From contig MU058285.1 of NCBI GenBank assembly GCA_013265495.1, forward strand, positions 124,001 through 188,000: DNA of 64,000 nucleotides, given 5' to 3'. Positions 39,997 through 52,574 of this stretch are shown piece after piece. How positions within the stretch are numbered: position 1 is the stretch's first letter; each line of letters opens with the position of its first letter. Under the pieces are notes generated by a model. It saw nothing but the letters and a program-made list of their open reading frames with translations. It ran no database searches and was not told the origin of the DNA. The DNA comes from Vicugna vicugna (lineage: Eukaryota). The position numbers and the translations under genes are program-made.

Positions 39997-40379
39997 TCTT
40001 AAAAATAAGCAAATCAGCACGTGCATAGACACACATTGTCCTTTATCCAACCATCAGTGCTAGGATCTCCATAGACTTCTTCAGCCTAGGGACCTGCAGC
40101 ATTCTTGCTCTTAGGTACAATTAAGAAAATACTAAGCAGCTGTAGTAAGGGACCATCTACAGAATGTGGCTTCAAGGTTCCTCAAGACCCCTTCACACAT
40201 GCTTAGGGCTGATGCTCTAAATACTGTCAGTAGATGTAAATTTCAGTAAACAAATCCTCCCTTCTCTTTCATTTCCTCTGCTTTTCCCTCTTCCTCATTT
40301 TTCTCTTCCCTTATGTGGGAGATCCTGGTGGGCTTTCCAAAGGTGCTGTAGGTGGCAGGAAGCTAGCACAAGCTGTCCA

Positions 40380-40392
40380 GGGTCAAGGGTCA
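40380..40392 (+). promoter_or_regulatory. Nuclear-receptor DR1 motif GGGTCA-A-GGGTCA
   Basis: Two RGGTCA half-sites spaced by 1 nt. Motif match only. Confidence 0.35.
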
Positions 40393-42332
40393 CTGAGCAG
40401 GCCTGCGAAGTTGGCGCTACTGCATTCCAACTCTTCCTTCATTTAACATTAAGGTGAAAATGTTCTCAGAGGAATATACTTAAAGTTCTATGTTTTTTTC
40501 CTTCTTTATTTGTATGTTTCTGGTTTGTTTGTTTGTTTGTTTTGCATTTAGCACGTATCCCTTTCATAATCATAAAAAATAAACATTTAAGGAAAACAAA
40601 GAACTCAGCAGCATAATTCAAAGAGTGCTAATCCAGGCCAGGGGCCATTTGTTCCCTTTCTGCTCCTTTTACCACAATTTCTAAGGATCTCGGGTGTATG
40701 GAAAAGTGATGCCTTGAATATCTGGGTTATGTATTTTATTGCTCTTCTCTCTCATCATGACATTGCTGACAGTTTTCTGGGGGATTAAAAAAAAGTCTAT
40801 GAAGTACATTGGCACATAGTATATATATTTTTTCCTTGCTGGGGTTTGTACAGCTTGTAAATTAGCTGGCAAATGTGAAAATTATTTGCTATCTTTATCT
40901 GCCTTTTGGCCTCAGAGATTTTTCTCACACATTTACTTTTTCCTTCTCTGCATATGACATTCTAGAATGTTACATGCTTTAGCTTTTACCTCATCTTCTA
41001 TGGAAGCCTTCAGGACGCCAGACCAATTTCTCATACTCACGTGGCTGTATGTTTCAGTAGACTGGCACAACAGTTTGCACAACGAACAAGAAAAAAATAT
41101 TAAATGCATTTTCTGAAAGTAACATGCAAAAATATAATTTATATTTATATCATTAGAAATCAACTTAGAGTAGTAATTTCTCTGATACGGGGACACACTT
41201 TTCTTCCTTGAAAACTTTCTAAACTCACGCTTATCCATTTGAAGAAACTGTGACAGAGCGGTTATGACTTTTCCCAGGGAAAAAAAAAAGAAATTACGTA
41301 CATCAGTTGTTCCATGTGCCTGTTTTATGTCAAAGTCTTTACCATTTTATTGACTCCGTCTGGTCAGATGTCTCAGGAAACACATCAGCTTTTGACACAC
41401 AGGTTCAATCCTTGAATCTAGTTTCTCGTATTGCTTTGAATTGCCTTTTCTCTGGGAGGCAAGAACATTAAAGTTTCAAAAAGTCTGGCATTAAAGACAA
41501 TGAGGAGACTAGTAGTAAACACAGGAGCCATCTCATCACACAGGCTCAGAAAAAGGGAGCACATTTTTCAGACTCAGAAAACTCTTTTGAAGTTGGCACT
41601 TTAATGACTTGTAACAGAGTCACTGTGGGATTTCTGGGGAAAGGGGTTTCCATCATCCCTTCTCTAGAAATCCTGGAAGCACAGGGTATCTCCCGGTACG
41701 CCTGGCCCCCTCCGACAGTCTCGGCTGCCTGTACCATTTGCTACCCAGGCATTCCTTACTTGAAACTCCTTCTGCCTGGAGAGTCCAAACCTGTTACCCC
41801 AACAGTTGTTGGAGTCCCTGTACCAATGTGGCGAGTATATCTCCAAGTTATTTACAAAAAAAAAATCCCCCAAAAATAAGCTTGAGTAGCAACTTTCATA
41901 CTCAATTACTACAAATTTGGAAAAGAAGTGAAATGGAATGGAGGAGATTTGCAGTAGGAAAACTTTGATGAGTGTCTCTTGAAGTAAGTAAGAAAGAGTC
42001 TGTCCTTTTTACAGAGACTTTCCAAATCCACAGAGGCACATATTGAATACATTAGGGGCCATATTTTCATTCTTTTCCCCTCTTTTGATACGTAAGATGA
42101 TACATTTCCTTCCTTTGATTCTCTGAATCCTTCAACACACTCATGGTTCATTCTTTGGCTGCACATGTACACAAAAACTGGTCCTCCTCCCACCGCTTTT
42201 CCAGAGAGAGCTTCTTTAATCATATCTCATATGTTACCATGCTGATCATCCCCTGTAGCCTGTTAACAGATGGGACACCATGTACATTCAGAAACTATAT
42301 GGAGAACTTCCAGAAGAGAGCAATCAGTTCTT

Positions 42333-43157
42333 TTTTTAAAAAAATATTTTTCAAGCTTTTCTTTAATTGAAGTATAGTCAGTTTACAATGTGAAAATTTC
42401 TGGTGTACAGCATTTTTCAGTCATACATGTACATACATGTATTCATTTTCATTACAGGTGACTACAAGATATAGAATATAGTTCCCTGTGCTATACAGAA
42501 AAAACTTATTGTTTATCTATTTTATATATAGTAGTTAATATTTTGAAAATCTGGAGCTCCCAATTTATCCCTTTCCACCCACCCCCTTCCTCCTGGTAAC
42601 CATAGATTATCTACCATGTCTGTGTGTCTGTTTCTGTTTTGTAGATAAGTTTATTAGTGTTTTTTTTTCTTTTTTTAGATTCCACATATTGGTATAACAT
42701 GGTATTTTTCTCTCTCTTTCTGGCTTACTTCACTTAGAATGATGATCTCCAGGTCCATTCGTGTTGTTGCAAATGGCATTATTTTATTATTTTTAATGGC
42801 TGAGTAGTATTCTGTTGTATAAATAAACCACAGCTTCTTTATCCAGTCACCTGTCAACAGATATTTAGGTTGTTTCCATGTCTTGACTATTGTAAATAGT
42901 GCTGCTATGAACATTGAGGGTGCAGGTATCTTTTCAAATTAGGGTTCCCTCTGGATATATGCCCAGGAATGAGATTGCTAGATCATATTGTTGAGTCTAT
43001 TTTTAGTTTTTTGAGGAATCTCCATACTGTTTTCCATAATAGCTGCACCAAACTACATTCACACCATCAATGTAAGATGGTTCCCTTTTTTCCACACCCA
43101 CTCCAGTATTTTTCATTTGTGGAATTTTTAATGATGGCCATTGTGACTGGTGTGAAG
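42333..43157 (-). mobile_element. 5'-truncated L1
   Basis: ORF 42675-42914 is the ORF2 C-terminus ([16 protein letters not shown]...). Probable TSD agttctt at 42326-42332 and 43158-43164. Confidence 0.93.
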
Positions 43158-43686
43158 AGTTCTTAAGACAATGAAAAATTAATTAAAATAATGAAAAATG
43201 TGGCATTTATATTTATATCTATGTATGATAAATTTATCTAACATGATAAAATGTGATGATTTGTCACATTTTATTAATTTATGTTATATATACATATACA
43301 TAATTACATAATTATACATACATATACATAATTACTCTCTTCTCTATGTCAGCTACTTGTACCATAATTCTTTTATATTATACTATAACACGTTTTGACT
43401 TGACTTTCTGAGTAAACTGAGATTATCTTCAAAGCAAAGATTGAGTTTTAGTCTTCCTTGGATTTGAAGTAGTTTGCATAATTCTTGGTACAGAAACAGT
43501 GAAATACACATTGGTTGAGTAAATGAAAAACAGGCAGATAGATGACTGGATGGATGGAGAGCCAGATGCATATATTTGACACTATAGTCTTGGCTATAAA
43601 AGAAATGCAAGATTTACCAGATTTTTCCTGGAGAGCTGTTTGGGATTAGGCATGATATAAATAGAATGATGCTATATACTGTACAA

Positions 43687-43907
43687 CAGGATTTGTCAAC
43701 AGTGGTGATGTGGACATTTAGGCGGAATAATACTGTATTATAGGTGCTGTCCTGTGAATTGTAAGATGTTTAGCAGCATTGCTGGCCTCTATCCAGCAGA
43801 TGCCAATAGCAACACTCCCCTTCCCAGTTCTAATCACCAAAAATGCCTCCAGACTGTGCCAGCTGTCCCTGGGAGAGGGCAAAATCTCCTTCAGTGGAGA
43901 AACACTG
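43687..43907. mobile_element. MER20 hAT-Charlie element
   Basis: Core 'gctgtcctgtgaattgtaagatgtttagcagcattgctggcctctatcca...caccaaaaatgcctccagac...gagaaacactg'. Degenerate 8-bp TSD ctgtacaa / ctatataa. Confidence 0.9.
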
Positions 43908-43969
43908 CTATATAAGTGCCTGATTTCAGGATAGTATGACACCTTTGTATTGTATTTTACTTTTCTAGA

Positions 43970-44125
43970 GGGGGAGGGTATAGCTCAGCAGTAGAGGGCA
44001 TGCCTAGCATGCGCAAGGTCCTGGGTTCAATCCCTAGTACCTCCACCAAAAGAAATAAATAGATAAACCTAATTATCTACCCCCCCTCAAAAAAAAAAAA
44101 CCCAACAAGAACAAAAAGAAAAACC
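43970..44125 (+). mobile_element. tRNA-Ala-derived SINE (vic-1 type)
   Basis: 'ggggagggtatagctcagcagtagagggcatgcctagcatgcgcaaggtcctgggttcaatccctagtacctcc', then 'aaacctaattatc' and a poly-A tail. Confidence 0.92.
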
Positions 44126-47100
44126 AGAAAGTGAGTACATAACTGGGCTGGGAAATACAGGGAATAGGAATATCAGATTAGGAAAGATAAGATGTCATCT
44201 TGGTCTTCCAGAAAAAAATCGTTTCAAGAGATGTCATTTATTCTGGTAAATGCATATTTCCAAGCTGTAAGGTGAAAACGCGCCTCCGATGGCCAAAATC
44301 CTTGTGCTTCTAAAGCATGGGCTCGCCGCGTAGTTTCCATCTGTAAGATAAACCTTCTCACTCCGTTGGAAGAGCCTTGTGCTACCATCCCTTCTCTTCT
44401 ACGCTTGGCAGATTTTTAGCACTTATCTCACAATTTTCCTAGGTAAATATCCCTACTACCAAATTCTACAGAATTTGCCTCTATTTTGTTTCACTTTAGA
44501 AATTAGACAAAAGATAACTGAGTTCCTGGACTCCTTAGTTTATTCATAAAATTTAATTAAATCTAACGATCATTTTAATGACAAGTGTTCAAAATATTTT
44601 CACATTAAAAAAAAAGAAAACATATTCTCACGGAAGAGTCAGGTCAGATGACTTCTACGTAATGAATGAGGAAGAAATGCAGACCTAGAGAATTAGGAAG
44701 CTGTGGAGGTCAGAGTACATTGCTGGCAGAGCTAGCAGTGAATCTGAAGTCTTCTGACCCAATCTCAAACTCTAAGCTCAAATTTCAGCACGCAGAAGAA
44801 TGGCCTTGGGAGCTTGTTGAAACACACATTCTTGTACTGCAAGACAAAGATTCTGCTTGGGTAGATTTGAGGTTCTGTCCAAGAATTTATGTTTTTGTTT
44901 TTTTTTTTTCTGGTAGAATGTCTGGTGCCCAATGAAGAGATCATTATACATCCCTGACTATGGCTCACTTCCACGCAAGACTCTCCTCTGGATTACTTCC
45001 GCTTCTCCCTTCTTCTCAATTCCCACTCTTACCTCCCACCTCCCATCATAGAAATTCACTGTAACATGTTTAATGTGTGTTCTTAGATTCGTATGCATCC
45101 TTTGTAAAGTCTACAGGCTGTTTGTATGTGTGCTTTTAATTTTCAGAAATGATACTATGCCACAGATCTGTTTTTTTTTAGTTTCCTCAGTACTACATTA
45201 AGATTTATTCATGTTGCTATGTACATCTCGTTCTATTAAATATGTGGTTTTCCCACAATACACCCTTTTGTTCATTTCCTTGAAATGAACACCTGAATTA
45301 TTCTGTCTCCCAGGTACCAAACTAAAAGTAACATTGAATATTACTGATTCCATTAATTGCCTTGTGAGCAAGTTCCTCTTCTAAAGAGTAATTTAACTGG
45401 GTCACGGGAGATACACACACAAGCACAATTTTTATCAGTACTCTCATAAAGAAAGAAGGTGTTCATTTACACTCCTATAGAAGTCATTAGAGCTCTCATC
45501 TCCCACCCCATATAATCTCATCAATATTTGGCTTTATCTTAGGTCAATTTCTGCCAATATCATTACTGTAAAATATATTATTCTGTGATCATGCTAAGGC
45601 TGAGACCTGTCCATATATTCCTTGGCTTTTCATATTTGCACTTCTGCTAACTGCCTATTAGTTTTGATTTTTCTTACTTTCATTGTTATTTCTTATAAAT
45701 TTAAAAACTCTGCCAGTTTAAGAAATTGTAAATTGTAAATGGTTTCTGATAGATTGTCAGCAGACTGTTAACTTTGTAAAGAAAAGTTCTTGATATTACT
45801 GATAAGATATCTATTGATTCATTCAGGTCTCTGATGTTCAGCTTTGCATGGGGCATAATTTAAAGATTAGCTATGTTTTTCTCTTTAAAATGAGCTGATT
45901 CATGGTGCCCCCTTATGACAAAGTTCCCATATATGCATGAATTTCATCTCTGAGTTCTGTTCTGTTCTATTGGTCTAATGATCTATTATTATGCTATCAC
46001 CATAAAGACTTTCTTTCATTCAGTAAGAAGAGTTTTTAAAAAGTCTAAAGAAATTTATGAGGAAATTACTACATGGCAGACTCTCCATTGATTATAAAGT
46101 TTATATAATTAGGTACATATATCATTAATGAATGATATCATCAGTTGAAACAGAAAATAGAACAATAACAGATGATAACTTTTTCTTGATTTGGCCAGAC
46201 CTTTTTATGTCTTAAACAGTTAAAAAAAAAAAAAAAGACTGTATCAATGTAAAAACCAGCCATAACCTAACCTAGGAACATGGTCTGAAAAACAGAAGAA
46301 ATTTTTCCAAGCAGTTTTACTAAAAGAAAATATAATAATCATATAAGTGCAATAATGCAAGGAGACATAATAAAAATCACAGAATGAAATGAGCTGGGAT
46401 TGTAGGGGGAAACTCTGAAAGCCGAGATGTCACTCAAGACTGATGACAAACTTCTAAATGAATTAGAAATAACAAGAAACATAATAGACTGAGCTAAATG
46501 GAGTCAATGTTCGTAGAGGAAAGGACCCAGGTAACCACAGTGAAAGCAGAGGGAAAAATTTTATATATGAAGACCAGGTCCCTAGAAGGAAGGAAGAATT
46601 ATAGCCGCACCCTCTTCCAAGAAAAATGGTTACGGAGCCATCAGCTCTCAGGCATCTCCCATGTGAGTTATGATACTTTCAAGGCTGTAATTCTTCAGGC
46701 ATCCAAGCAGAAAACAAACCACTCACTTACAAAGATGAAGGCAAAGTAGGCCAGCCTCAGACGTGGTCCTAGCCACGTTCAGTGCCAGAATACAGTGGAA
46801 CCAAGTCATCAGTTGTACGGAAACAGCCCCAGAAGAATGCACACTGTTGTCATGCTGTGCTTCAAATATAAGGACGAGAGGCAGATACTTTCAATTATGA
46901 AAGAACTCGAGGACCAGAGCACTTCTGAGCCCTTCCTGGAGAAAAAAGTACCATACAATTAAATCAAGCCAATAAAGTCATAAATGGGGGAACCTCGGGG
47001 AAAGGCACTCAGTGTTGTGACGCCCTAGAGCAGTGTCTCTAAACTGAGACCAAACGGTGTGTCGTCAAATTCTGTACGTGGCCATGTTACTCTTCTATTA

Positions 47101-47611
47101 TGAAGGCAAAGCCAGGTATTCTCAAGTCTGCAAAGACTGGGGAACTAGAAATTCTGAGTTTCCCTATAACCAATGACGGTGAAATTCAGTCAATCAAAGG
47201 TGGTTTAAATTGAGGTCGGAAATGAAAAGGCACAGAAAGGCTAAATACAATGGAAAATCATCAGTGCATAAAAGACTGTAAATGCCTTTTATCAACTTAA
47301 AAATTTATCTAGATAAAATTTAGATTTAGGGCACAAAGTGTGGGTCAAAGGTGAAATGCACTAATTTCCTCATACTGATAATCGGGAGCCAACTGTTACT
47401 GTCTAAAAGCAAAACATACAGTTTAAAAATATAACTATTTTTTATTTTTATAATTTTTTTAAATGTGAAGGGTCTTTTGCAGATTAAATATCTCTTATGC
47501 AGAAATATTTGTCTGAAGTTTTACAATTACTTTAACTCCCTCCTATTAAATGTAAACTTTAATGTTATGGTTCATATTTTTAAAAATAGTATGCATGGTG
47601 TGATACATTTT

Positions 47612-47646
47612 TGGGGGGAGTAATTAGGTTTATTTATTTATTTATT
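47612..47646 (-). mobile_element. 35-bp SINE 3'-tail-only insertion
   Basis: Reverse complement 'aataaataaataaataaacctaattactcccccca' matches the SINE 3' block. Perfect 13-bp TSD tgtgatacatttt at 47599-47611 and 47647-47659. Confidence 0.85.
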
Positions 47647-49289
47647 TGTGATACATTTTAATAAATACATTTATTGTTCTGTCTATAGATATGAATATAT
47701 GCAGAGGTATCTGGAATTCTTTTAATAATGTCTCTAAGTACTGTGATTTGAAATTTTCTTCATCTTTCTTTTCTGTATTGGTTGACGTTGTTGTGATAAG
47801 TAAGCACACATCATTTTTATAAAAATAATAATATCATTAGCATAAGAAAAACTTATAAAGGGGCAAAGGAAAAGAAAGAATCAAGGAAAGTCAGTGACAA
47901 TGTGAGATCCGAAGTCCCCAGGCCTGACGGTTTCATTTCAGTTTTGTCATTTCATTTACTTCATCCATCAGGTTACAAAGCCACCCAGTAAAATGCCTCT
48001 AATGCTGCTACATCCTCAAAACCTCAGAGAAGAGCCGGGTCCCTACTCACTTGCATTCCTGGGGAAATAAAGTTCAAATTTTCTCTCTGGCACTCAGGGT
48101 ATTGTGGGGTAAAGGCACCAACATCAGCTCTGTTCTATTTTTCATGTGTGTCTGATGACATGTTTTCCTTTGCACTTAGTTTAGCATTATTAATATTTTA
48201 TTTGATATTTTACAAGAGAAAATTAATCCATTCCTTTAGCAAACACCCTTCAAGTGCTTACAAATATGAGGTACTAAATAATGAATGCTATCATCATAAG
48301 CTTTGGTCTTATCAGGGAGAAAAACATTTAAGGATCATTAATGATTTGCAGGAAACGGAAATCTGCATTTTCTCAGTGTGAGCTACCAACTTTCTAGCAT
48401 TTCCCGAGGTTGTCTCTTCATCTACATTAAATTCAATGCCATCTGGATGTGATGTGATTTTCTTTTTAAATGTGTCTGAATGTTTCCATTTAGAAATGTG
48501 TTGGGAGCATATGAATAAGTTTTATATTATGTATTATTTATATTCTTCTTTGACAAAACAAAATTAACTTTTAAAAATAGTAAATGTTGCGGTGACCAGA
48601 AGGGCCTTTAGAGACCTTGTTACTTTTTGTGTTCGGTGCCATCCAGTTCATTTTCAAATGGATTTTCCATTGACGCTGATGTCTAATGCAATTAATGCAT
48701 GAAGTTAAGGGTCAGACAGCATGAATTACTCATTGGGTTCTCACACTTGCCTTTATGGTTAAGTCATCACAATATATCATAGTTGCCATGGAGAATGTTA
48801 AATGTCTAAAACCAAAAATCACTACTCTTTTTAAAGCTACTTTTATATTTCACCTAAATATATGTGGCCTAAGACCCACTATCAGGGACAAAGGATTATT
48901 ACTTAAAGAATAAATCTTGATATTGTAACTTTAAATACAGCATAATCTTTATCTTTAATGAGCTCAGATTTGTGTTTCCTAAGAAATAAAACACTTTTAA
49001 AGAGTTTATCTTCTTTAAAGACTAAGTCTGAATTTAATAGATTTATTTTAGTACATGAGTCTATAATTCATTCTGCTGTTACATCCCCTAAGATTATGCA
49101 TGAACACAGAGTGAGGAAAAATACAAAATTTGATCTGCAAAACAAATACTACTATTGTTTTTTAGCTGTTTCTCTCTCTTTTATTAACTCAGTCATTTTA
49201 ATTGGAATTAGTACAGCTCCGAGTGTGGCATACTGTTCGTTCATGTCTCAGGCATGTGTTTGAAAATGAAGTTGACAGGCTATGGCACC

Positions 49290-49796
49290 AGTGCACACAG
49301 AATAAAATGTCAAAGTCCTCCAGATAACCCGCCCAGCCTTGCGAGACTTGCTCTGTGCCCACAGCTCCTGAGGCCCTCCCTTTCCTCTCTATCTTCTGCC
49401 CATGCTGGCCTCTCCGAACCCTCCAAGTTCATTTCTGACTTTGGGCTCTGACTTTGTTCTTCCTTCCGCCCAGCGGGTGAGCTCTCCCCAAATCTTCACC
49501 CTGTGGCCAAGCTAGGCATTCAGGGCTTAGTTCAAATGTCACCTTGGGGAAGATACATCATTGTTATATTTGCTTCATCACAAAAGACTGTTTAACATTA
49601 CCTCATTAATGTAATTGCAAGTTCACAAATCATGATCACCAGTTAATTGTTATCTGTCCCACGTGCTGTGCAGCCCAGCCCACGTGAGTTTAGACACTGG
49701 CTTCTGCCTCTTCTGGCCTCTGTGTCCTTTATAACCAGAACCAGGGAGCATGCCCACAGAGGAAGCTGTCATTCAATATTTGTAGAGTGAATGAAC
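49290..49796 (+). mobile_element. L2 3' remnant
   Basis: 'cattcagggcttagttcaaatgtcacc' and tail 'cattcaatatttgtagagtgaatgaa'. Confidence 0.6.
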
Positions 49797-49812
49797 CAGG
49801 ACCTTCTAGCGC

Positions 49813-50145
49813 TGGGGTTGGCAAACTTCTTCTGGAAAGGATCTGGAGATAAATATGTCGGGCTTTGTGGGATATATTCTTTCTTTTACTTTCCTTTCTT
49901 TTTCTTTTTGCAACCCTTAAAAAGATGCAAAAACTGCTCTTAGGCAGACTTTACAAAAACCCATTGGTTGGATTTTGCCCGGGGGTCAAAGGCTTGGTGT
50001 CCCAACTCTGATCTAGGTGGCTTATTATACCATAGGTTTTTCATTCCAGACCACAGAATCAGTCTCTAGAGGTGGGGCCCAGGAATCTGCATTTTCTTTC
50101 AGGAGCTCTTCTTGATACTTAGCTACTGATAAATTTGAAAATGAG
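49813..50145. mobile_element. MER58-family element followed by a MER5-like fragment
   Basis: 'ctggggttggcaaacttcttctggaaagg...aaatatgtcgggctttgtgg...cccaactctg', then 'cagaatcagtctctagaggtggggcccaggaatctgcatttt'. Confidence 0.7.
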
Positions 50146-50820
50146 GGAATTGAAGTGAAGTGAATAAGTTTAGAAAGTCACTTAGGAAAGAAAATAATTG
50201 CAATAAAATTCCACTAAGCAATATGGTGAGATTTTTTGTTTTTATCCCCCCCACCCCCGGGTAAAATGTTAAATAATAGTTTAATTTTCGTAAAATTTAT
50301 CACATTAATTTACCTTAAGTTCTGTGTATTTAATGAGGAATAGCACTTTACCTACTTTTCTTAGATACTAAGAAGTAGAATTTGTTTGTTCTAACCTATT
50401 ATAGAATTGCTAAGAATATAAACTTAAATTTAAATGAAAAAATCCAATGCTTTGTTCTATACTTATTTACAGACATTGCAGTAGGCACCAGTGCTGGCTA
50501 CCCCGTCAGATTCTTTGTTTAGTAGAAATTTAACATGGAATTGCATCACTGGGAGGAGAAAGCTTTAAGAGGGCTTCCTTCAGAGGGCCCTTTAATCCTA
50601 CTTCGGTCCACTGGTGCAGTAGCATCTCAGTGAAATGGAAAGCATAGCGGTGACTACTCTCCTTTCCATGTAGCAATCCTTCAGCACAGGCTTGAAAACA
50701 GTTTTCCTTTTATAGATTTTGGTGTCAAATTGATTTATCATTCACCAGACGCTAGGAGCAATGTGAGACACAGACAGAAAAATAATTGAAAGTAACAACT
50801 GCAATCTATGTGTAATTGTT

Positions 50821-50822
<2 letters not shown>

Positions 50823-50854
<32 letters not shown>
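50823..50854. repeat. (GT)16 microsatellite
   Basis: Read directly from the sequence. Confidence 0.95.
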
Positions 50855-50856
<2 letters not shown>

Positions 50857-51039
50857 TTAACCTATTATATTCAAGTGTGGACTATATTTTCTCAAGATCT
50901 GACTTTAAAATGTTTAGCCCAAAAATTTGTGACTCACATAACCTTTCATTTTATTATTATACATTTATTTATTAGTAGTAGGAATTATGTCTTTATTACT
51001 TTCTTTAACATTTATTTTGAACATTGACTGTGTTTCAGG

Positions 51040-51588
51040 TGTTAGCTAGTTAGATAAGTAGGGGCACCAGGCAGATAGATGGAGGAGAGGAAGGATGGTC
51101 CAGAAGATGGCAATATGCCTACCTCCAGTATAATGGGGCTTTACTTCCTTTAAATTAGCAACAGCAAGAAACCAGTTAGAACCCGACAGCCACAACTGCA
51201 CGATCAATAGCAGCAGTGATGTAACCAGACATGACCCAATGCTTATTGCAATATAATTAGCATTGCAGTTTAGACCCCTCCATGGGTTTTTCTGTGTGCA
51301 TCATGGGTAAGGACAAGAGCAAAGGGGACAAGCATGACTAAGCACTCTAGGGGCAAGAGTCACCAATCAAGAGACCACCTCTAAGCAAGGGCATAAGAGA
51401 AGAAGCAAAGACCACTGCTATGTGCCCTTGGATCAGCCCTCCTCCTGTTCCTGGAGGTGTACTTTCTCTTTGCTAATAAAAAAACTTTAAAATATTTTGT
51501 TATACAAAGCTTCTGTCTCCTGTCTGAATTCTTATCTTTTGGGTAAGACAAAAACTGGGGTCTTTTCCCTTCCCCCTTTGGAGTAACA
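51040..51588 (+). mobile_element. Solo LTR, ERV1-like family X, copy 2
   Basis: TGTTAG...GTAACA termini; AATAAA at ~51475; colinear with copies 1 and 3. TSD not clean. Confidence 0.9.
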
Positions 51589-52574
51589 TCTGCACTGCAC
51601 CAAGTACTGCTTAAGCACAATCTGCTTTAATCCCCTCTCCCTGCTCCCCGCCACCCTCATTTTGTGGATGAAGAAGCCAAGGTTCAAAGAGGATTAAAAG
51701 GTCAGCTGAGGCCACACCCATGGAAAGTCCTTGGGGCAGGACTGAAATATGCCAGTAGAAGAAGAAAGGGAGAGAAACAAAAGGTCTGGGCAAACGCAAA
51801 GACAGAGGATAAACAAGGTGAAAAAAGCAGAAAAACAAAGAGTTGTCTTGGGTTCATATCGCTTGATAGGACTTCCCAACACAAAGACGAGCAATGGAGA
51901 ACAGCACTTCTCACCAGTTATCTTCTTCCATGTAGTGTTTTTTAACTTCTCTGTGAAAAAACAAATATTATGATGCTACTTCAAATGAGGTATATCTTGT
52001 CATTTTTCCTAATTTTGTGTCTTTTGAAGAAAAAGACTTTCCCTTAAACAAAAAGGAAACCATACTTAACCAAATCATATTTATTAAACTTCTAACCAGT
52101 CAAGGTAATGTTAACCTAGAAAGATCTCAACTAAATATCAGATAGTTAATAACCAGGCTAGGCCAAAAGTTTATATTTAATTGTGGGGGACCTGGATTGA
52201 ATATTCTTTCTTCAATGGAAAGTTGTTTTTTTTTTTTAAAGAAACAAGTTACTTCATAATAGATTGCAAAACATGTAGTTATGACATGCTAAGAGGCCAG
52301 AACACAATGTGAAAAGTTGATTAAAATATGCAGAATCACATACACACATGGTTCTGCACACATGTGTGCACAAACACGCATTCTCTCCAGACAATGTTTT
52401 AAGTGTTTATTGTTCCATTACCATATAAACACATAGAAGCATATTCCTATGGTTATGTCAGTGCTTTAAAAAGCTATTGTTTTATATCCAGTGCCAATTT
52501 TCAAAAACCATGAGGTGCTTATTATAAAATATAAATGATCTTAAATAATTAAATTCTATACCACTGGAATGAAA

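Noticed and set aside
44278..44332. CpG island / promoter
   Set aside because: Only a handful of CpGs over ~55 bp, far too short.
50635..50669. Hairpin atggaaag...ctttccat
   Set aside because: An isolated 8-bp stem with a long loop is within chance expectation for 64 kb.
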